Below are positions 32,406 to 38,850 of a stretch of 38,850 nt of DNA, in pieces. Within the stretch, counting starts at the first letter, position 1. Every line of letters begins with the position of its first letter. The DNA is taken from the NCBI GenBank assembly GCA_002269645.1, contig NIVC01004663.1, positions 1-38,850 of the forward strand, given 5' to 3'. A model generated the notes under the pieces. The model had not been told where the DNA came from. It did no database searches and saw nothing but the letters and a program-made list of their open reading frames with translations. This DNA is from Macrostomum lignano. Taxonomy: Eukaryota. The position numbers were made by a program, and so were the translations under genes.

Positions 32406-32770
32406 TGGGATCTGGATTGCGTGTGGATTCTGTTGGATTGGGTATGGGATCTGTTAGATTGGGTATGGGATCTGTTAGATTGGGTATGTGATCTGTTAGA
32501 TTGGGTATGGGATCTGTTGGATTGGGTATGGGATCTGTTAGATTGGGTATGGGATCTGTTAGATTGGGTATGGGATCTGTTAGATTTGGTATGGGATCTG
32601 TTAGATTGGGTATGGGATCTGTTAGATTTGGTATGGGATCTGTTAGATTGGGTATGGGATCTGTTAGATTTGGTATGTGATCTGTTAGATTTGGTATAAG
32701 ATCTGTTGGATTGGGTATGGGATCTGTTAGATTGGGTATGGGATCTGTTAGATTGGGTATGGGATCTCTG
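32406..32770. repeat. 21-bp minisatellite in PHKB intron 8 (GGGATCTGTTAGATTGGGTAT)
   Basis: About 17 copies; source of the WDLLDWV pseudo-ORF. Confidence 0.96.
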
Positions 32771-32909
32771 ATAGGTGTGGGGTTTACATTTTTTAAGATT
32801 CTTAGCGCTATTTTACGTTTATGTGGGATCTACGTCGATTTTGTGGGATTTCTATTGGTTCACTCAGTGCATATTTAATTAATAAATCCGTATTGCAACG
32901 CTTGTGCAG

Positions 32910-33237
32910 GGAGACGCGCAACCCGGCACTGCGCCAGATGCTAGTGGAAGCCCTGGTCATCATTGAGCTCATCCTGCAGCGCAATCCGGAACTGGCAGTC
33001 AAAGAGGAACTCGACGTATTGCGGATTATCGACGAGGCTTGGCGAGATTTCAAATCCGAGCGCGAGCTGACGGGCCCGGAGGCCGACAAGTCGATGGTGC
33101 TGTTCTACCAGACCGAAGCGGTCGTGTCCCGGGGCACGTCCAGCTTTATTGCCAAGGCTGCGCTCAACTTCCTGTTGAAAGGCGAGCTCAGTTTGAGTCG
33201 CAGTAAGCAGCTTAATAGCACCTGCTTGATGTCATGA
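32910..33237 (+). CDS. PHKB: PHKB exon 9 (terminal; ends in CaaX motif CLMS)
   Basis: PALRQMLVEALVIIELILQRNPEL...RGTSSFIAKA...STCLMS*. The nine exons total 3321 nt = 1106 aa + stop, with no frameshift. Confidence 0.94.
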
Positions 33238-33810
33238 GACTGACTGCTAACTGGAGGGCTTGTTTTACCGTCTTAAAGTACATGTTAGACTTGTCAAACA
33301 AACCCTCTGTCTTTTTATTAACTTTCCCTATAAAAATTGACATATTTTTGCCTGCACAATCCCCAGAATGCTACTGTTGGCATTGTCAGTACTATAGTAC
33401 GCAAATTATCACCCTTTCTTAAGGACGAAACCTGTTTTCAATTGCTTCAATCCTACGCCTTTTTAGATTTTATACCTAATATCTACCTGTAGCATATCTA
33501 CAGTGCCTCGGTACGAGCTGTATTATTGTTTTGCAGATTAGTTAGCATCCACAATTCGCTCCAATCAGCTTAAATATTGATTGAGTTGCTTGAACCTCTG
33601 CGACTGCAATGTAAATTTTAATCTATTCATAGATTTAGTCATTACTTGTATTTTCTTATCCAAGCCAGATTAAATACATTACTAAGGTACTTACATCTTA
33701 TTGTATCTAGTGACATTTTACGAGCTACCTGAAAATTTGCTTTCAATATTTTTTAGATTTAGAAGAATTTTTCATATCATATGAAAGCTTATGAATACAT
33801 TTACTTTGTT

Positions 33811-34575
33811 ACAGCTAACCACCCCACTCCAAATGTACATCCCCTCGTCCCGGACTAGCCAACCACCCCACTCCAAATGTACATCCCCTCGTCCCGGACT
33901 AGCCAACCACCCCACTCCAAATGTACATCCCCTCATCCTGGTCTGGCCAACCACCCCACTCCAAATGTACATCCCCTCATCCTGGTCTGGCCAACCACCC
34001 CACTCCAAATGTACATCCCCTCATCCTGGTCTGGCCAACCACCCCACTCCAAATGTACATCCCCTCATCCTGGTCTGGCCAACCACCCCACTCCAAATGT
34101 ACATCCCCTCATCCTGGTCTGGCCAACCACCCCACTCCAAATGTACATCCCCTCATCCTGGTCTGGCCAACCACCCCACTCCAAATGTACATCCCCTCAT
34201 CCTGGTCTGGCCAACCACCCCACTCCAAATGTACATCCCCTCATCCTGGTCTGGCCAACCACCCCACTCCAAATGTACATCCCCTCATCCTGGTCTGGCC
34301 AACCACCCCACTCCAAATGTACATCCCCTCATCCTGGTCTGGCCAACCACCCTACTCCAAATGTACATCCCCTCGTCCCGAACTAGCCAACCACCCCACT
34401 CCAAATGTACATCCCTCGTCCCGGTCTGGCCAACCAACCCATCCCAAATGTACATCCCCTCGTCCCGGTCTGGCCAACCAACCCATTCCAAATGTACATC
34501 CCCTCGTCCCGGTCTGGCCAACCAACCCATTCCAAATATACATCCCCTCGTCCCGAGCTCTCCACCACCCCACTA
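33811..34575. repeat. 44-bp minisatellite (CCAACCACCCCACTCCAAATGTACATCCCCTCATCCTGGTCTGG)
   Basis: About 17 copies with a homogeneous centre and diverged ends. Confidence 0.97.
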
Positions 34576-34994
34576 AAATTCACATCCATTTGTTGGTCAA
34601 TTCTTATTAATCAAGTAATTAAAAAACTATCGGATAAAGTCCACTCAAATTGCAAAGAAATACATAACCAGATCTTAGAACTCACTTTATAAACAGTATT
34701 CAAGCTAGCTGCGTCACTTTTTGTTTACCTTTGTAAAAATATTAGCAGCTTCAAAAAACAATTTTAATTTTTTAATAGCTGTTAGCTCTATCTTGTTTTA
34801 CCCTTCAACTTTCTCAGCTTTAGATAGACTTATGTGAGTATATTGCAGATTTTCTGCCTCTTAAATCTCGCCTGTCTGCTAGAATATTTTTCTTTGAAAG
34901 CTAACTGCAAAATAAACTCTTCAACCCATCATTATTTAACTTTTGTTTTTTGCAAGGCTTTCTTTTATAATAGATTGAGAAGTCTGGGATCAGC

Positions 34995-36315
34995 AATGCT
35001 CTGATTGGTCAGGAGTAGATTAGGGTCTGCTATGCTCTGATTGGTCAGGAGTAGATTAGAGTCTACTATGCTCTGATTGGTCAGGAGTAGATTAGGGTCT
35101 GCTATGCTCTGATTGGTCAGGAGTAGATTAGGGTCTGCTATGCTCTGATTGGTCAGGAGTAGATTAGAGTCTACTATGCTCTGATTGGTCAGGAGTAGAT
35201 TAGAGTCTACTATGCTCTGATTGGTCAGGAGTAGATTAGAGTCTGCTGTGCTCTGATTGAACAGGAGTAGATTAGGGTCTGCTATGCTCTGATTGGTAAG
35301 GAGTAGATTCGAGTCTGCTGTGCTCTGATTGATCAGGAGTAGATATTAGAGTCTTCTATGCTCTGATTGGTCAGGAGTAGATTAGGGTCTGCTATGCTCT
35401 GATTGACCAGGAGTAGATTAGGGTCTGCTATGCTCTGATTGACCAGGAGTAGATTAGGGTCTGCTATGCTCTGATTGACCAGGAGTAGATTAGGGTCTGC
35501 TATGCTCTGATTGATCAGGAGTAGATTAGGGTCTACTATGCTCTGATTGATCAGGAGTAGATTAGGGTCTGCTATGCTCTGATTGACCAGGAGTAGATTA
35601 GGGTCTGCTATGCTCTGATTGACCAGGAGTAGATTAGGGTCTGCTATGCTCTGATTGGTCAGGAGTAGATTAGGGTCTACTATGCTCTGATTGATCAGGA
35701 GTAGATTAGGGTCTGCTATGCTCTGATTGACCAGGAGTAGATTAGGGTCTGCTATGCTCTGATTGGTAAGGAGTAGATTAGAGTCTACTATGCTCTGATT
35801 GGTAAGGAGTAGATTAGAATCTACTATGCTCTGATTGGTCAGGAGTAGATTAGAGTCTGCTGTGCTCTGATTGAACAGGAGTAGATTCGAGTCTGCTGTG
35901 CTCTGATTGATCAGGAGTAGATATTAGAGTCTTCTATGCTCTGATTGGTCAGGAGTAGATTTGGGTCTGCTATGCTCTGATTGGTCAGGAGTAGATTAGG
36001 GTCTGCTATGCTCTGATTGGTCAGGAGTAGATTAGGGTCTACTATGCTCTGATTGGTCAGGAGTAGATTAGGGTCTGCTATGCTCTGATTGGTCAGGAGT
36101 AGATTTGGGTCTGATATGCTCTGATTGGTCAGGAGTAGATTAGGGTCTGCTATGCTCTGATTGGTCAGGAGTAGATTTGGGTCTGCTATGCTCTGATTGG
36201 TCAGGAGTAGATTGGGGTCTGCTATGCTCTGATTGGTCAGGAGTAGATTGGGGTCTGCTATGCTCTGATTGGTCAGGAGTAGATTAGAGTCTACTATGCG
36301 TTGATTGGTCAGGAG
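34995..36315. repeat. 36-bp minisatellite (CTCTGATTGGTCAGGAGTAGATTAGGGTCTGCTATG)
   Basis: About 36 copies; most carry an inverted GACCAATCAGAG. Confidence 0.97.
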
Positions 36316-36499
36316 TATAATTGTTAGGCGGGAGGGATTACAGACATAGGATAACTGACTAGATAAGCCACTCATCACATTTGCGTGTAAGCTACTTTCA
36401 GTTCAGTAGTAAGTTAAACAATATTTTAATGTATTTTTAAAGCTCATTTATCGGCTCTTACCCCCCAGCCTAAACCCTCCAACCCTCCAACTAAACTAT

Positions 36500-36610
36500 C
36501 CACACTAACCCCCCCCTCTCGCCCGCCCCAGTTTTTATTGCCTTCCTCGGAATTCCAGCCTAAAGCTGCCATGTACATTTCAGTGGACTGGCCAAAGTAC
36601 ATTACTGCTG
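36500..36610 (-). repeat. Inverted dispersed copy of the PHKB intron-5 repeat unit
   Basis: Reverse complement AATGTACATGGCAGCTTTAGGCTGGAATTCCGAGGAAGGCAATAAAAACTGGGGCGG aligns with 29080-29150 and 29370-29430. Confidence 0.8.
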
Positions 36611-36892
36611 AACCAATGAGCAAGTTGTTTACGCCTGCAAGCTTGGGTTCTGAACTTATCAAAGTCATTTCAGCTGCCTTTATTTTTATAAAATAGCTTA
36701 TGTATTCTTCATTGCTTCTGAACTGAAAGTAGAAAGCTGTTTTACTAAGTATATATGCCTGAGTGGCCATCTAGTTATTTTAAAATCTGTGGCAGGGATT
36801 AGGAAAGCAATTCTTAACTTAAGGACAAGTTTAGTCCAAGGCTAGCTGTGCAGCCGCGGTTATTCCAGCGCGTCTAGATTTTGTTAGCGTCT

Positions 36893-37980
36893 ATGGCACA
36901 AACCCATGCGTTAGAAGTCAACCCCAAGCTTTTAAGGCTCCTCTCTCATCCGACCTTTCGCTGCCCCGCAGCAGTCTCGTCAGTGCCAGATTTTGCCAAT
37001 CAGGCGACAGCGGCGGCTGCGGCAGCGTCGGTTGAACTGTGCCACCTGACCGGCTGCAGTCAGCACTGGTTTCACCCTGCCTGCCTGTTTGCCAGCCTTG
37101 CCGGCTCTGATCTGACTAGCTGTCCCGGACAGTGCTCTCCTAATAGCAGCAGCAGCAATGAAATCTGCTTTCACGAATACTTAGCCGGCTTGGATATTGC
37201 CTACTGCGGCGATCAGGTGTTGAAACTCGACCCGTCGCAGCATCGTTGCTCGGTCTGTTTCGAATATCCAGCTGGCGAAGTTGCCACGCCGGAGTGCTGC
37301 GATCACGCCTTCTGTCTGGCCTGCTGCGGCACTGGTCTGAGCAGTCGGACAGGTGTCCGGCCTGCAGGCGGCACTATCGGCTGTTGTTTTGCTACAGCCG
37401 GCTTGGCGGACCCCTGCTGAGGCGAGAGCGACTGTCTGCTGCTGACGTCCGGCCTGCCGCGGCGCCTGGCATGTCCTCAGGCTCCGGTCGGACCTGTTCC
37501 GTCGGTGCGGCAGGCGTCGGCTGCTCGACTGCGGCGTCTGCCGTCGCCCCGTAGCCGATCGGCTGGCGCGTGCAGTGCGCGACTGCTGAGGCCGCTTTCC
37601 ACGCCGACTGCTGCGGGCAGCAGCAGCCACCGTCGGCGCCGTCCTGGCTCTGTCCAGACTGTCGATCGGCAATTGAAAGGGCGTTGAAAATCTCGACACT
37701 GACAACTCCTCCTCCTCGTCCAGCCGATCGGCGCTCCCGTTCGAGCCGGTCGGAAACGCGTCGCCGCTTTCTCAGCTTCCTCGTCATCATCGTCAACCTC
37801 TTCGACTTCGCCGCGGTTACTCGACGACCGCGTGTCGTTCGACCGGCCGTGCCGGATTCGAGTTCGGCAGAAGACGCTGACGACTCCGCTGCTGCCGGAG
37901 CTGCCGCCGCTGTTCTCACGACCGCGCCTGCCGATGCGGAGGCGGTGGACCGTGGCGTGGAGGACTCGAGCAGCAAGTCG
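36893..37980 (+). pseudogene. RING/RING/PHD gene 2 (PHRF1-like), exon 1, with several frameshifts (pseudogene or assembly errors)
   Basis: CSQHWFHPAC..CPGQC; CSVC..ATPECCDHAFCLAC/LRHWSEQSDRCPAC (frameshift ~37325); PHD CGVC...C..(C)EAAFHADC...WLCPDC assembled over 2-3 frames; donor TCG|GTGAGG at 37981. Start uncertain (another acceptor candidate near 36970). Confidence 0.7.
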
Positions 37981-38029
37981 GTGAGGCACCTTGCTGATGC
38001 CTGTCTGATGGCTTTGTTCCCGCCATCTC

Positions 38030-38580
38030 CCAGATCCTCAGTTGCTGTGCCAGCCTCCCAAATCCCCAGTTGCTGTGCCAGCCTCCCAAATCCCCAGTTG
38101 CTGGGCCAGCCTCCCAGATCCCCAGTTGCTGTGTGCCAACCTCCCAGATCCCCAGTTGCTGGGCCAGCCTCCCAGATTCCCAGTTGCTGTGCAGGCCTCC
38201 AAAATCCTCAGTTGCTGGGCCAGTCTCCAGATCCTCCGTTGCTGGGCCAGCCTCCTAGATCCCCAGTTGCTGTGCAGGCCTCCAAAATCCCCAGTTGCTG
38301 GGGCCAGCCTCATGTGAAGTCTGGGTTTGCGTGCCGAAAAGGTGGCCTCTGTATGGCTCTGTTTACTCAATATATTTATTGGTCAATATTGTGGGGTGGG
38401 GTGCAGCGATGCGCGATTGGTCGAGAATTGGTAAACAAGTTTAGGCGAGAGAATGAGTCATGAACAATAATGTGGGCAGAGAGTGCCAGCGCACGGCCTA
38501 CGCCCTACACCTCCAGATCCTCAGTTGCTGGGCTAGCCTCCCAGATCCCCAGTTGCTGGGCCAGCCTCCTAGATCCTCAG
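38030..38580. repeat. ~28-bp intronic minisatellite (CCTCCCAGATCCCCAGTTGCTGGGCCAG), interrupted by ~200 bp of unique sequence (~38310-38510)
   Basis: Tandem copies on both sides of the interruption, inside intron 37981-38611. Confidence 0.88.
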
Positions 38581-38611
38581 GCTCTCCCCCTCTCCCTGTA
38601 CCTGCCCGCAG

Positions 38612-38850
38612 CCTGCGTGCGGCGACCGTCACTGCCGGCTGTGCAACGCCAAGTTCACCCGGTACGAGTTCGCCGAGTCCTGCCCGCGGCACCGATTCCA
38701 CCTGGCCTGTCTGCTCGCCTACGCTGAGCAGCGCCGCCGCGTTACGGATGAAGCCGCCGCCTCAGCCTCATCAACTTCATCAGCAACAGCGGCCGCCGCC
38801 CTGCCCTGCCCGGTGCCCAACTGCGGCATCCAGTTCGACTCCGTCACTCT
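38612..38850 (+). CDS. Gene 2, next exon: another RING-H2-like domain (runs off the window)
   Basis: Acceptor CCCGCAG|CCT, phase 0: PACGDRHCRLCNAKFTRYEFAESCPRHRFHLACLL...LPCPVPNCGIQFDSV. Not shown in the ORF track (no start codon). Confidence 0.75.

Overview
Eukaryotic (animal) genomic DNA. The GC-rich exons, minisatellite-filled introns and TE content best fit a flatworm such as Macrostomum (inference only). 1-8.75 kb is a nested retroelement stack on the minus strand. It contains two degenerate RNase H-bearing non-LTR (I-group, Ingi/Nimb-like) elements with (CAA)n tails and two HDV/CPEB3-type ribozyme folds in opposite orientations (1660-1767 +, 1970-2034 -). It also contains a full-length young Ty1/copia element (258-bp LTRs differing at 1 base, CTCCT TSD, TG...TA ends, half-tRNAiMet PBS) and a Ty3/gypsy protease-RT relic. 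8.8-17.8 kb is unclassified repeat-like, AT-rich and GA-rich DNA. 18.8-38.85 kb holds three + strand spliced genes: a double-RING PHRF1/SCAF11-like gene, an intact 9-exon phosphorylase kinase beta subunit (PHKB, ~1106 aa), and a frameshifted multi-RING+PHD paralog running off the window end. Every predicted intron, and both spacers between these genes, carries its own minisatellite array. All coordinates, alignments and RNA folds were done by eye.
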